In this document: in pieces, positions 47,807 to 60,830 of the stretch | Layout of the letters: the number at the start of each line of letters is the position of its first letter | How positions within the stretch are numbered: the first letter of the stretch is position 1 | NCBI GenBank assembly: GCA_028534125.1 | Contig: CM052818.1 | Coordinates: 42,720,001-42,784,000 of the forward strand | Direction: 5' to 3' | DNA length: 64,000 bases | Source: Lama glama | Lineage: Eukaryota | The notes under the pieces: generated by a model | Seen by the model: the letters and a program-made list of their open reading frames with translations, nothing else | Database searches by the model: none | What the model was told of the DNA's origin: nothing | Position numbers and translations under genes: made by a program

Positions 47807-49454
47807 CTTCCTGGGAGTAAAAGTTGATAGGGAAAGTTGTTCTTTGTGTTGTTCTCCTGGGTACCTAATTTTATTCTTGCCTCTTTTGAGTCTTAATACC
47901 TCAACACTCTTATGTTTCTCTTCTTGCACATAAGTTTAGCATATGAGAGCTGAACAAACTGTGTGTTATCCCTATTCTTATATTAAAATAGAACTGCTGA
48001 GTGCCCAATTTCATTAAATTATTTTAGGTTTTCTTCTATGACTGAAGTGTCAGTTATGGTTGGGTGATTTTCTGCATCTTAATTTCATAAAAATATTGTT
48101 CAGTCATTAAGTGGTTGAAGTTGACTAATTAAGGGAGAAACTTTTTACCTTTTAAACTTACTTTTCTTTACTCCTATTCAATTCCACCTACTTTTTTCTA
48201 GTTGTACCTTGGAAATGTCCAATAATATTTGACCTCAGATTCCAGATCCTGATTCTGAAATCTCAATTTCCAAATCTCATGTAGAATTTCATTTAAAAAA
48301 TTGTGTGTTTATCTTGCTAAAGGAAAACTTGGTGAAATAATATTTTTAATTTTATTATTCAACATTTCACTTTTTATATTATATTATATATTTCTGTGAG
48401 ACTCCTAGATATTTTGGGCAAAAAAAAAAAAAAACCCAAAACAAGAAAAAGCAAAAAACCAAGGTACTTAAGATAGCTTGTGATAGAGCACTCTTATAAT
48501 GACTGGGATTCAAAAGCTTTAAAAAATGAAGAACTTAGGGAAGTGAGTCATCCTCCTGGGTGAATAGAAGTGAAGTTTTTTTTAAATGTAAATTTTTTAA
48601 AATGAGGAGCTGAAATGTACGGTGCATATTTTTAAATCTTATGCTGCACAAGCTGGAAGCTCTGGAAATCTACTTCCATTTTTGTCATGTAAATTCTATG
48701 AATGGGCTTAAAGGTCCTGATTCTGCAGGTAGGACCAGCAGGTGCACTTGCCGTCCCATCCAAATCCCTGAGAAAACTGTCTCCAGGCAAAGAAAGGGAT
48801 GGGGAGAGGAGGGCTGGGGTGAGCAGAGATGTGTGATGAAGAAGAGGAAATACTGAAAACTCCAATTTGATAAGAGCTCTGAAGTGTTCCAACAGTGGAA
48901 ATAGTTTGTGTGCTTTCAGTTTTGGATTCTCAATTGGAATTTGGTCTAATATTTTCAGATATTTTAAAATTTGATGCTGTGTTTCCTAAATACTTTCTTG
49001 CATTCCAAGGTCCCTGTTCCTCCACATGGGAACTATTAATTGGGACTCTTTCTAGTTAGTTACTTTAATTCTAGGATATTGTCCCTCTGGCTGACTTTTT
49101 CAAAACTGGGTTCTTGAGTGATGGGATGTTTTGGACAATGGCCAAAAGTAGACCTTAATTTTGTTCTTCTATCTGGGAGAAAACACCTTGAAGTATTGTA
49201 AATGAATTAAGGAATTGGCCAAGGTATCGTTTAAATTTTTCCTCTTACTATCATTTTTTTTTGCTATGGATCTGAACTATAATGTATATTTTCTAAAGAC
49301 TTGTGTGGTTCCTATCATAGTTAATTTGAAAGCAGAATGTTAAAGTATGAAGGACATCAGAAATCAAACAATCTGATCTCTCTTCCAAAGTAGAAATCTC
49401 CTCTGAGAAATGAAGTAGATTGAGTTATCTCTGGGTTTCACAGACTTAATTGTC

Positions 49455-49622
49455 TCGTCTTTAGTCTTGGAGATTTTAGACGATCTAAAGAGAGCTGTAA
49501 GCCCTCTCCCCTAAAAAAATGGACATTTGCATTCATCACACAATTTTAAGGTTTTTCACTAGCCTCTTGGACCCCATGCTGGACCACCCGAGGGGTCTGT
49601 AGGTCCAAAGTGAAGAATCTCT
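49455..49622. mobile_element. hAT-Charlie MITE remnant
   Basis: 'agctgtaagccctctcccctaaaaaaatggacattt...cacaattttaagg...ggaccc...gtgaagaatctct' resembles Charlie-type non-autonomous elements. Confidence 0.5.
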
Positions 49623-50374
49623 CCTTGTATTCAAATCCTCCACAAGGTGGTCATTCAACCCCCAACTCGTTATCCAATAAGAAAGAACCTATGGTTTCCA
49701 AAGTAGCTCCTTCTGTTCTTGCTTATCTCCTTAGAATGTTCTTCCCTTTACTGAGTTGAAAGGTACCTCTCTTCAATTCTACCAGGCATCCTTTTTCTAC
49801 TTCCTGTCTTCCTATGGGACAGCTGGCTTCTATTCCCTATGGCAACTCCTCGCATATTAGGCGACAGAACTAATAGTCAACCCTGGGTCTTGCTTTAGGT
49901 TCCTGAATTTGTCTAGTCCTCATTTTACCTGGTTTTCAACTTTTCTCACTAACCTCACTACCCTGGCATAGAAAGGAATTGCAAACAGAGGGTATGAGTT
50001 TGACTAGCTGATGAGAGGTTGGCCACTGAGTTGATAGTTTCCATGCCAAGAAAAGGTCTGCAGAGGTCTTGTAACTTAAGATAAGCAAAAAATCTTGCAA
50101 GATTCCCTGCTAGGGAATCTAATAAGAGTTGTGGGTTGGCACAGCTGTAATTTATAAACTTGTGTTTCTGCAAGATGAAGAAATTCTGACAACAGCCGTG
50201 TTAAAGGTGAAACACAGAAGAAACAGCGGTTTATTTCTCAGCATTCTTACAGATAGACAGTACACATCCCGTGGTAGGCATGCCAGTCAGTCCACAGAAG
50301 ACTAGAAGAGACATCATTTGAAGGCAAAGGAAAGGAAACATTTTACGTCCAAGAAAGATACGTTTTAAAGCCAA

Positions 50375-50850
50375 GCACCATGATACAGGTTTAGATTTCA
50401 GCTCTCCTCCTTAGTAGCTCTGTAAAATAGAGCAAGTTGCTTAAGCCTTCACATCCTCAACTGCTACGTCAAGAGTAAGATAGCAAACATGGGGCTAATG
50501 CCACCACTTCCTAAGGATGCAGTTACATGGTCTGCATTGAACACTGCATGTTAATTACTGTACGTTACTGATGTTGGGAGTGGGGAGCCTACGGATGGTT
50601 ACATTCCCTTCCTACTTTCCTCAGTTTAAAGAATTACCCCTTCCTAAGTGCTATTCTTTCATTTCTGCCCCACCCATCACTTAAGGATTAAGTGGGGCAG
50701 AAATGATTATCCACACTTTTTTCTAGGGAATCTGAGACACAGAGCAGTGACGTGCCTAAGACTGTAAAGCAAGTATATAGTAAAAAGCAAATTTAACTCC
50801 AGATCTATTAGGTGAATAAATGGACTTTTTCCATACCACTGGCTTCAGTG
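50375..50850. mobile_element. Two MIRs in opposite orientation (+ 50375-50560, - 50670-50850)
   Basis: 'tagtagctctgtaaaatagagcaagttgcttaagcct' (+) and 'gggaatctgagacacagagcagtgacgtgcctaagactgtaaagcaagta' (-). Confidence 0.65.
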
Positions 50851-51029
50851 CTTTTATTAAGAGGAGATAAAAATTAAAATTTCCCCAGAGACAGCAAGAT
50901 AAAACAGTATCCACAATGCCAAAGCCAAATCACGATTGAAGAGGTTGTACAAGAAATGGTTGAGAACTGGTTCTTGGACGCCTGGGTTTATCAGTTAATG
51001 AGATGACGTATGAAAAGAAATCAGAATGG

Positions 51030-51705
51030 CTCCCACTCCTGCCCATGAAGGAGACCAGGCTGGGACTTGCCCTCTCAATGCAAGTAACTAGGATTGCTCA
51101 AAATAAATGAAACAATAGTTTTAAGACTTTGGACAGCAGGCTGGACAAGACTCTGTGATCTCTGAGAGCAGGGAAACAAGTGCAGTGAGCCCCCATGATC
51201 ACCCCAATTTTCTGCCTGGAAGCAGTTTCCAGGTCGCAGAGGGGAGCGAGCCCAGACAGAGTCCCTAGGCAGCTGGAATTCTAGAGGCCAAGTACCAGGA
51301 CGAAGGGAACTGAAAAGATCTGCAGAGGCGTGCCCTTGAATCTCTGCCTGAATATTGATGCGTACATTCATGGCATAAAACTCTACAAGGCTGAACAATT
51401 CCCAGAGCTCACGGAGGCCTGGAAATAATCTGCATTCCCACCAGTTTAGGGTAAGAGACCTCATAAAACAGAGAAGTGGTGAAGTCCTGGGAAGGACATA
51501 GCCTGAGTACTTAGTACAGCCTGAATTACTCAGGTTTAGACTAGAATCTGCTTTAGACATAGCCTAACAAGCTTACAAATCAGCCTTGAAAGGCTCAGTC
51601 TTATCCTAAGTCATGCACCTGGCACAAAACCCAGCACCCACCGAACTAACATTCACAATGCCCAATAGACAGTTATGAATGACTTGGCATGACCAAAATC
51701 AAAAA
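51030..51705 (+). mobile_element. Old L1 5'-end region (L1M4/L1MC/L1MD-type 5'UTR)
   Basis: 'aaaataaatgaaacaatagttttaagactttggacagcagg...gtgatctctgagagcagggaaacaagtgcagtgagcccccatgat...ttttctgcctggaagcagtttccagg...gatctgcagaggcgtgcccttgaatct'. Confidence 0.65.
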
Positions 51706-53520
51706 GAAGTGGGGAAGGGTATCATTGTGATGAAAGAGTAAAGATATATGACATTTTCCAGAGAAAGAGAAGTTGCTGTGCTGGGAGTCTCTACCCTCTC
51801 CATACCAAAGGGAAGGCAAAGGAAGAAATCTTGACATCCAGCTGTGTGTGTGTGTGTGCGTGTGTGAGTGTGTTTGTAGGGATGTGGGGGTGCAACCATT
51901 GGACCACTTGAAGAGTTTGAAAGAATTCCCTGCAGTTGAAACATCGAAGGACAGAGAAAGCTCAAGTAACCTTCAGCAGTAGGATAATGGAGGTTGTTTT
52001 GTACTCCAGAGTGTCAGAGCAATTGCTGTGTGAATGTTTCCTATGAATCAGTTATGGTGACACGAGCAAGGAAGCCATTGTGGGTCCTTTTGGTTCCTGT
52101 CACATAAACCACCCTAGAGAGCCAGAGTGTTTCCAGCAAGAGGTGAATGCCAGTGTCTGGGGAGCTGAGAATGAACTTGCTCTGTCCAGATTGAAGAGTG
52201 GTCTGGACAGAATTCTCCGCCATCAGATTACCTGTTCAAAAGGGAAGACTGATCTTAGTGATCAGCCAGACCAGGAAGGGGAAGTCATCTGTCAAGTACA
52301 ACTTTTCCTCTTGTCTATTTCTTCTTCCTCTACCAGATTTCACTCTGGCAAATTGGAGGATGTAGTTAAAGTATGAGTAAAGAACAAGATGAGTGGGAAA
52401 AGAGGCAGCCCCCGTCACACTCCCTTCCTTAAAGGGAGGCAACCATAGGTCCGAGCTGGGGGGAGGAGGGAGGAAAATCCAACCTTTGGTTAATATCTTG
52501 AACTGGGTGCATTCTAATTTCTGAATGAAGATGGGTTTGGGATTTAAAGTGAGAGAGTCTGTCACCTATGGGCAAGCAAGAAAAAGCATGGAATCTACTC
52601 AATTTCCTTTTAATAATCAGAGAAAGATGAATTCTTCTAAATACATTTTAAAGGGGAAGTGGGAGCAAACCTGGAACTCTGTGCTTAATCAACAAGTTAC
52701 ATTTCCTATAACAAAATAGAGCTCTGCCCATCAGTGCCTCTTGAAACTTGCTTGGCTACAGCTACTTATCAGTCTATTTATTTAAAACAAATACTCAGTT
52801 CTGCTGATTTTAATGCTTAGTATATATTCATTCTAAATCTTACAATGAGTAGGGTTCTGTGATAAGAAACACTACTCTTCTCAAGGATGGTGTCCTTTAA
52901 CAGGAAAGACAGTCTTGTGAACAAACATATTGAATATCTGTGATATGTGATACAATCTTATCTAGAGAAATTGATTTTTTTTTGGCCCCACTAATTTATA
53001 CTCTTCATTGAGATAAATAATCAAAACTTGCCTTGGGGTAGCGGTAAGAAGAACTTGTGATTTCTGTTTGTTTCTTATTAAGAAGCTTAATAAAAACTGT
53101 CTCCCTTGCTGGTAAGGAGAGCTAGTTCAGGCAGGGAGAGGGGAGGTTAAAAAGAAAACAAAGCAAATTTCTCAAGAAGTCCAGGGTCCAATGAGAGGGA
53201 AGGTGTTGCTGCCCCACCCCCTTTCTCCCTTCGGGCTGAGTAAACCCTAGAATTCTCAGGCAGCTAATGGGTAGGGACAGGCTAAGGACAGTAGATGAGG
53301 CTGTGAAAATCTCAAGTGGAGGACAATGGATTTTTCTGGGGGAAGAGACTTGAGTCGTTCATGGGAATACTCCTAGAGGTGTGATGGTCATTTCCATGCT
53401 TATCTGGAAGTGAAAGGTTGTGTCTGTTATATACAGAACTGCAGAGAAAGAATGACTTGCATTGCCCATAGGTTAGGGGTTGAGGAAGCTTCCAAAGTAC
53501 TGTTTGATCAAAATAAGCAA

Positions 53521-54650
53521 CAGGATCACAAGGTAAGTCTATTTTTAGTTTTTTAAGGAATTTCTGTATTGTTTTCCACAGTGGCTGCACCAAACTACAT
53601 TCCCACCAGCAGTGTAGGAGGGTTCCCTTTTCTCCACACCCTCTCCAGCATTTATCATTCATGGGCTTTGGAATGATGGCCATTCTGACTGGTGTGAGGT
53701 GATATTTCACTGTAGTATTGATTTGCATTCCTCTGATAATTAGTGACATTGAGCATTTTTTCATGTGCCTATTGGCCATTTGTATGTCTTCCTTGGAGAA
53801 TTGCTTGTTTAGGTCTTCTGCCCATTTTTGGATTGGGTTGTTTGTTTTTGTTATTAAGTTGTATGAGCTGTTTGTATATTCTGGAAATTTAAGCCCTTGT
53901 CAGTTGCATGATTTACAAATATGTTCTCCCATCCCATTGGTTGTCCTTTTGTTTTGTTTATAGTTTCCTTTGTTGTGCAAAAGCTTGTAAGTTTAACTAG
54001 GTCCCATTTGTTTATTTTTGCTTTTATTTCTATTGCCTGGGTAGACTGCCCTAGGAGAACATTGCTAAGGTATGTGTCAGAGAATGTTTTGCCTATGATT
54101 TCTTCTATGGGGTATGTAGTGTCTTATGTTTAAATCTTTAAGCCATTTTGAGTCTATTTTTGTGTATGGTGTGAGGGAGTGTTCTAACTTCATTGATTTA
54201 CATGAGGCTGTCCTGTCTTCCCAACACCATTTGCTGAAGAGACTATATGCTAAGTGAAGTAAACCAGAAAGAAAAAGAAAAATGCCATATGATATCACTT
54301 ATATGTGGAATCTTAAAAAAAGGACACACATGAACTTATTTATAGAACAGAAACAGACTCACAGACATAGAAATCAAACTTATGGTTACTGTCAGGGTCA
54401 GGGAAGGAGGTAGGAAGGGATAAATTGTGAGTTCAAGATTTGCAGATACTAACTACTATATATAAAATAGAATAACAACAAGTTTCTTCTGTAGAGCGCA
54501 GGGAAATCTATTCCACATCTTGTAGTAACCTATAACGGAGAAGAAAATGAAAATGAATATATGTTTGTATATGTATGAGTGAAACATTATGCTGTACACC
54601 AGAAATTGGCACACATTGCAAACTGACCATACTTCAGTTAAAAAAATAAA
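53521..54650 (+). mobile_element. L1 insertion with 5' inversion: inverted ORF2 segment 53521-54244, sense 3' end 54245-54650
   Basis: Minus-strand ORFs give '[36 protein letters not shown]...' and '[39 protein letters not shown]'. At 54245 the sequence switches to the sense L1 3' end 'atgctaagtgaagtaaaccag...gatatcacttatatgtggaatct...cttcagttaaaaaaataaa'. Degenerate TSD aaaataagcaacag / ataaaaagcagtag. Confidence 0.9.
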
Positions 54651-54689
54651 AAGCAGTAGACTGCAAGCTCTTTGAAGGCAAGTTCTGGA

Positions 54690-57110
54690 CGTACAGAGCT
54701 AAGACAGGTAGCCAGTGGCCAGGACATGAAGGTAAGGACTTTGGGTTTTATACCAAGTATGATGAGAAAACTTGGGCGGGATTCTGAGCAGAAGAGAAAT
54801 GCCATCAGCTCTGTGATTTAAAAATAATGTCAAATAAGATGACTGTTAGGTGATGACAGAGTGTTGGGGGCGAGGCTGGGACAGTTAGGAGTCTACTGCA
54901 GGATTCCAGGTAGAAGACAAAAGCTCCCTGGCCTAGGAGTGCAGTTATATAGAGTTACAGAAGGGTGAGAAGTCGTAGAATTTGGATGTATTTTAATGAT
55001 AGCTCCACTGGGATTTGTTGATGAATTAGATGTAGAGAGTGAGAGGAAAAATAGAGTCAGGCTGAGCAGTAGGTGAATGGAGATTCTTTTTTTTTTTTAC
55101 TTTAACTGGGAAGTATTAGGGGAGCAGCCAGTTTGGAAGGGAAATTGAGTGACTTTTTTTTTTTTTAACAAAATGGCTTTAGGATTACAACTAGCTAAGC
55201 AAGTGGAGACCATAGTTTGATATGGGAGACTTTGAGTTCAGAGGAGAAATGTGGTTGAACATACAAGCATGGGAATTGTCAGCTTATGGAGAAATAGCAT
55301 TTAAAGCCATGGTTTTGAATGAGGTCACCTAAGGAACGTGAGTAGGTTGAAAATGGAAGGTCAAGAATAGTAAACCTCTCGAACACATCAGCATTTAGAG
55401 AGCAGGGTGATAAGAAGGATTCAGCAGCAAGTTGGACAACTAGGTAGAAATAGACCAGAGAATATTTTGTCCAGAAAGTCAATGAAGACATATCTCAAAA
55501 AGGAAGATGAGATCTAATATGTCAAATGTGGCTAAAAATTGACCATTGAGTTTAGCAGTACAGAAATATTGGCAATGGCTGTCTCAGTGACGTGATGGAT
55601 ACAAAAATCTGCTAGAAATGGTTTCAAGGGAAAATAGAAGAAAAAAAAAAAAAACCAAAAACCCTTGAGTACACTTATAATAGACAACTCCTGGGAAGGA
55701 GAGCAGAAAGATCAGGAGGTTCATGGAATCAAAGTTGTTGGTTTTTAATGGTTGATCTTACAGGATGCTTGTATGCAGATGAGGATAAACCAACCAAGAC
55801 AGAAGAATATGATGATGTAGAAGAAAAAATGAGAACCGCAGGAGTAATATCCTTGTGTTGATGAAACGGGATGTGATCAAGTGCCTAAGAGAAGGCAGGG
55901 GTGTCGACAGTGTGTCCACTGTCACGGGAATGAAGAGGGTGCAGATGGCCATAGACTGGGCTGCGATTTCGGTGCTGTGTTGTGATGGTTCAGATTGTTA
56001 AAGCTGCCATCTATCCCGATGGATCAACACTCACGCTGTACCAGTTGTCAGAATCCTGTGAAGTCATAATTAGGTACAGAGATAGTGGGTAGGTTTACAG
56101 ATTTGGAGGTGGGAGAATGCAGAACCTCTTGTGGTGGTTCCAGTTTGTTAGTGAAATAAGAAGTAAATGCCGGCAGCTGAGTGAAAGAAAGGGATCGAGT
56201 TCTGAGGTTTGAAAGGGAAGGATATGGTGTGAAACAGTGACCTTGGAGAATGAGAGCACCCACGAAATGTATTTGAGTTTGGGGCTGCACTGAAAGCTCA
56301 CTTGAAGTTTGTGATCATGCATTTAAATCGAGATCCAGTAGCATGAATGTGGATGTGGTTTTTTTTTTTTTCTTTCCCAATCTAGTTTTGTTTAGCTGTT
56401 TGAATGTGAGTATAAAGTAGAATGAGAGTTGGGCTTAACCAGGGCTGTCATGTTGTGTTGCCAAGCCTAGAGAGAGAAGTACAAGAGGGTTGAGAGTTTG
56501 TGCAAGAGAACTGAAGTGATGGGTCAGAAATCAAAACCAGATGTGAGGGGACAGGAGGACATGAGGCGTAGAAAGACTGTGAAAAGGTGATAAGGTCAGT
56601 TGCTTTGAGATCTTGCTGGGCTCATGGAGCTTTTGGAGTCAGGCTAGTAAAGGAGGTATTGTGTGTGGTGGGGGCGGGGTGGGGGGAGCTATGTAGACAG
56701 AGATTGGGAGACTTAAAATAGAAATTTTCGAAGAAGTTTGTTATCAACAGTGACATAGTCTAAAGGTGTCATGATGGGAGTGAGTGAGAATGAAGTAGAA
56801 ATGGAGTTTTGGAGGCAAGAAGTTGAGACCAGTGTGTTGGTTTGATCATCTGCCCATATTTTGAAATCACATGAATGAAGGTGGGAGTAGAAGTGGAGGG
56901 AAGAATGACCCGGAAGTCTTCAGTGTGTAGAAGGGAGTGACCTGGAGGTCAAGGGTGACCTTTTAGGGAACTACAGTAGGTGAAATTATTTGCATCAAAT
57001 AGCTGAGGGTTTTCAGTAGAGATGGAAGAATCAAATCAGGAAATGTTCGTGAGGAACCTGGGGAACGCTTAATCCTAGCTCCAAATCCTGTAATAAGTAG
57101 AGTGTGGGAG
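54690..57110 (-). mobile_element. Long decayed L2 (ORF2/RT region)
   Basis: ORF 55279-55491(-) 'LPFSTYSRSLGDLIQNHGFKC' matches the L2 RT segment 'LLFSLYTxSLGDLIxSHGFxYH'. The flanking purine-rich sequence has L2 motifs ('gcatttaaagccatgg', 'tgaccattgagtttagcag'). Confidence 0.8.
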
Positions 57111-57999
57111 AAAAACGGCCAGCAACCAAGTTAGGGCCATAAATCTAAATTCCTCACTCCAGCATCCAGTGAAATGCAGAGAATGAGCAAGAAAATTGGC
57201 ATCACACTAACCTGGACTCAAATCCCACCTCCTCCAATCACCAGTCCTGGACGGCCCTTAGCCATCTCTCTGAGCATCAGTTCTGTCTCCTCCAAAGTGG
57301 GCGGAGGGCCTCAAGGATGTGGGAGACTGCTCTCCAAACAGGGGGCCCTCCCCTCACCTGCCTGTCAAACACTCTCTCCCAGTCACCAGTCAGGCCCCTC
57401 TGGGCCGATCAGCATGTAAATCATTTGTGCATTTGATCACTTGTTGGAAACCACTTACTGGGCCTACTTTATGCTGGGACTTGTGGGGATGAATAGAGAC
57501 CAAGTTTCCAAGCCGTGCCCGTCCTGGACGCTGTTGTGACGGTTGTAATCCCTGACCTGTGCATAGTGCCTAAAAACATCTTCACGTTTATCATAATGTC
57601 ATAGTTTTGAAGAAAGTTCAGAGCGTCTGACTGGTCTAAGCCGACAAGTGTTGAATTTGGGATCCAGTCACAGGGGACTATGTCCCAGCCAACACCCTTC
57701 CTACCACACAATTTTCCTTGTGCATCTGATTATCTATTTGTGTGTGTTTTATCAAAAGAGACTTCGCCTTCTGTGTCTGCCTTCTCCCTGTGTTTCTTTA
57801 AGGGGCACATCCATCAGTTCAAGGGAAAAGTGCAGCCTAAGAACATCTTTGAAAAGAAGTAAAAGAAAAAAAAATGCCCTAATCAGATGGATTTAGTGAG
57901 ATAATGTTTGAAAAATCTTTGGGAGTAGATTAAATATCTTTATAAAAAATGTAAAAGTAAAAATGTTGGTTTTTTTTTTTTTTTTTAACAAGCAGGATG

Positions 58000-58160
58000 A
58001 TGTAGCGAAGGTTAGGAAAGGCAGAACCAACCTGGGTGACCTGTGGCCAGTCTTTCTCTGGACATCCTTTCCTGGCCTAGGCTTCCACATCCATAAAATA
58101 GAATCTGTAATACATTCTGCATGGGATTGTTGTGTGGCTCAAATGACATAATAGTAAAGA
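58000..58160 (+). mobile_element. MIR
   Basis: 'ggcctaggcttccacatccataaaatagaatctgtaatac...atgggattgttgtg'. Confidence 0.6.
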
Positions 58161-60143
58161 ATATTCTTTTAAAATTGAAAAATGATGTATCAGAAATGGA
58201 CCTTAATGTTTCTGTACCTGGGAGGAGGTGTCCCCCAGACTGGGCACACCCAGGAGTGTGTGTGTATCACTTGTGGTACAAGTGATGAGGAAGCTGGGGA
58301 GGGGCTTTCAAAGCAGGTGGCACCGCTGGGACCCCTGCAGATAGGCTGTGGTGTTGTACCCAAAGAAGGATCGTGCCTCCTGGAAGCTGTTGGTTAGTGT
58401 TGAGAGATGCAGGTGTGCAGGGGCAGGTCGTATCTGCAGAGAGCCTAACGGCAGCTTCTGGAATAGCCCTTGAAGAGGGGCACTGTGCCCCAGGCTCTCT
58501 CTCCTTTCCTCTCTTCTCAATAAACACGTTCACACCAACAGCCAAATGACTCACAGAGATTCAAGTCTGGCTTTTGTCCACAGAGCTCAGCGCTTAACAT
58601 GAGGGTGAGCATTGATGTAAATCATGGCATCTCTAAAGATAGACTTAAATTCAGAAGGGAATAAAGTTGGGGAAGGCATTTTGGAGAGGGCTTGGAGGAG
58701 ACGGAAGAGGCTCCTGGGAGCCCTGAAACCATATCGCTGATCCGATCTTTGCCTTGATCCTCTCCCCATCCGCAGCACGAGACTGGGTACACAGTAGGTT
58801 CTTAATCAATGCTGTTGATTGAGCCAAAGAGGGAAATGTTTGCAGGGTGACTGAAAAGCAACTTGATAGGATTCAGGACATGACTCAACTTGTAGGTCCA
58901 CAGAACTAGTCACTTTTACATTTTGTGTCCTGTATCCCATTACAAAGGAGGCTTATTGTCTTTTGTAAATAACTTAAATATCTTCAGTTCATTTCTGGCA
59001 CATTCCATCTTTGAAAGTCTTTTGCATTTATTGTGGGGCTTTTTTTTTTTTTTGGCTCCCTTCATGACTAAGCAGAGACCACCCAGGAAATTGATTCCGG
59101 ATCCTTTTGGAGGGCGATTCTTGTTTTTGCTGCGTTTCCTCATTTAGAGGATAAATTTAACTTTCCCTTTCCAATACTGTGCTGTACACAGTTGGACTTG
59201 GCATTTTTGCTAAAAACTATGAGTCATTTTTCATAAACAGGGATTGTCAAAAGTGCCTGATTCGCATTATAACAACAAATATAGAAAAAGACCGAAGCTG
59301 AATGAGCTCAAAATTTTCAGATCTTCTGCGAAGAGAGAGGGCATGGAGTCACAGTCTTGGAGAAGTCACTTAACTTTTTCAGTCTTGATTGTTATCATGT
59401 TTAAAATCAGGAGGATAACGGGAGGATAATAAAAACCATCTCATGGTTGTTGGGCAATATTATTTATAGACGTTGCACTATTCTGTTTCTGAAGTTTTAT
59501 ATATAAAATAGGCTATTTGTACAGTCTATTTTATTTTATGGGTTACTTACACTATTGTACTTCAAAAAGAAATCATTTGTTAGAAAAAAATCATCTATCC
59601 AGTGTTACAATTGGGATGTTTTAAGGTAACAGTAGAAGGATATTGAATAAGGCAGAGAATTTAGTGAAGCAGCCAGACCAGACCCAGTTCAGACTGGGCT
59701 GGGTGATTGTGCTTCTACTGGGAATGTGTTATTTTGGGATGGGGGAGATTTTTGTCTAGGAGCTTTCCATCTCTAGAACGGATCAAAGTAAACGTTGTGA
59801 AATAATTACAAAGAACAAATGGAAACAATTTTGTGCTATGTGAACTATAAACCCATGCAGTTCTACATCTGTGCAAACATAGATGACCTAGCGGACATGC
59901 TCCACCAACTGGACATAATTTTATAGTCAGATCACAAAGGAGAATTCAGCTGATCAAATTCAACTGATCTTACACAGGTTTCAGGCCAAAGAATGAGAAT
60001 GCAGTGACCGGTTTTGGTCATAGTAGGAAACTAGTGTGGTATTTTTAAAAGCAACAGAGGTAGGGGTGGAGGTAGATATGCCTTTGGAAAGTAACTCGTT
60101 ATAAAACAACAATTATATAATATTATTATAGCAGAATTATTTT

Positions 60144-60830
60144 ATATGGCAGAAACCATGAGTTGCTTATTCAATATCTATTGTCCCTTCTTTCTTACCA
60201 ACAGAACCCTCATCTTATACAGAGCAAAAATGTATCTAGCTCAAGGTCTCCCATCTGAGTCAAACCCCTTGGGAGGGTTCTCCAAAAGTTCCACTTTTCT
60301 GTTGCCTCATGTATGTGCCTTTATGTGCCACTCACATAAAGATATATTTCTCTAGCTACAAATAAAGCCAGGAAATGCAGTCTTTTTATTGCAAATATTA
60401 TGAACTAGAAGAGGACGTAGGCATCGCATAGCCTGATGTTTCATTTTAGTAGTTCAGAAACTGAGACCCAAAAAAAAGGGCTTCATTTCCTGGCTTTCTC
60501 TGCAGCTAAAGAAAGGGGGTTATGAGCCTGGTGATAGCAGAATGGGGCTTTTGTCCTGACCCTCTTTTTATTCTTTCTGTATGAAATCCAGAGATGGTAG
60601 CTGGAGACCCAGTAGCTACCTTAGCTACCTTGTTACCATGGGAAATTCTTGAGGATGAAAAGCCGTCCTGAAAATGGCTGCCTAGAAAGATGGAAAGGTT
60701 CAGTCTCTGAAAAGGGAAGACTGCCTTGAATTGCCTGCATCTTGACTTATTTTATAGATTTCTGACTTGTTTAATAAATGTTTTGTAAGGTTTTCTTGTT
60801 AAATGCAGCAAACCAATATGAGTTGATAAT
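60144..60830 (+). mobile_element. Old MaLR LTR (MLT1J-like) with an internal inverted segment
   Basis: 'tgtcccttctttcttaccaacagaaccctca', 'catttcctggctttctctgcagcta', 'gatggtagctggagacccagtagctacctt...accatggga', 'ttcttgttaaatgcagcaaac'. Confidence 0.7.

Noticed and set aside
47345..47929. 194-aa ORF as a host gene
   Set aside because: It is the L1 ORF2 C-terminal remnant with a fortuitous upstream extension. The same applies to 53312-53779 and 54077-54298.
51075..51560. 161-aa minus-strand ORF
   Set aside because: Antisense reading of an old L1 5' region.
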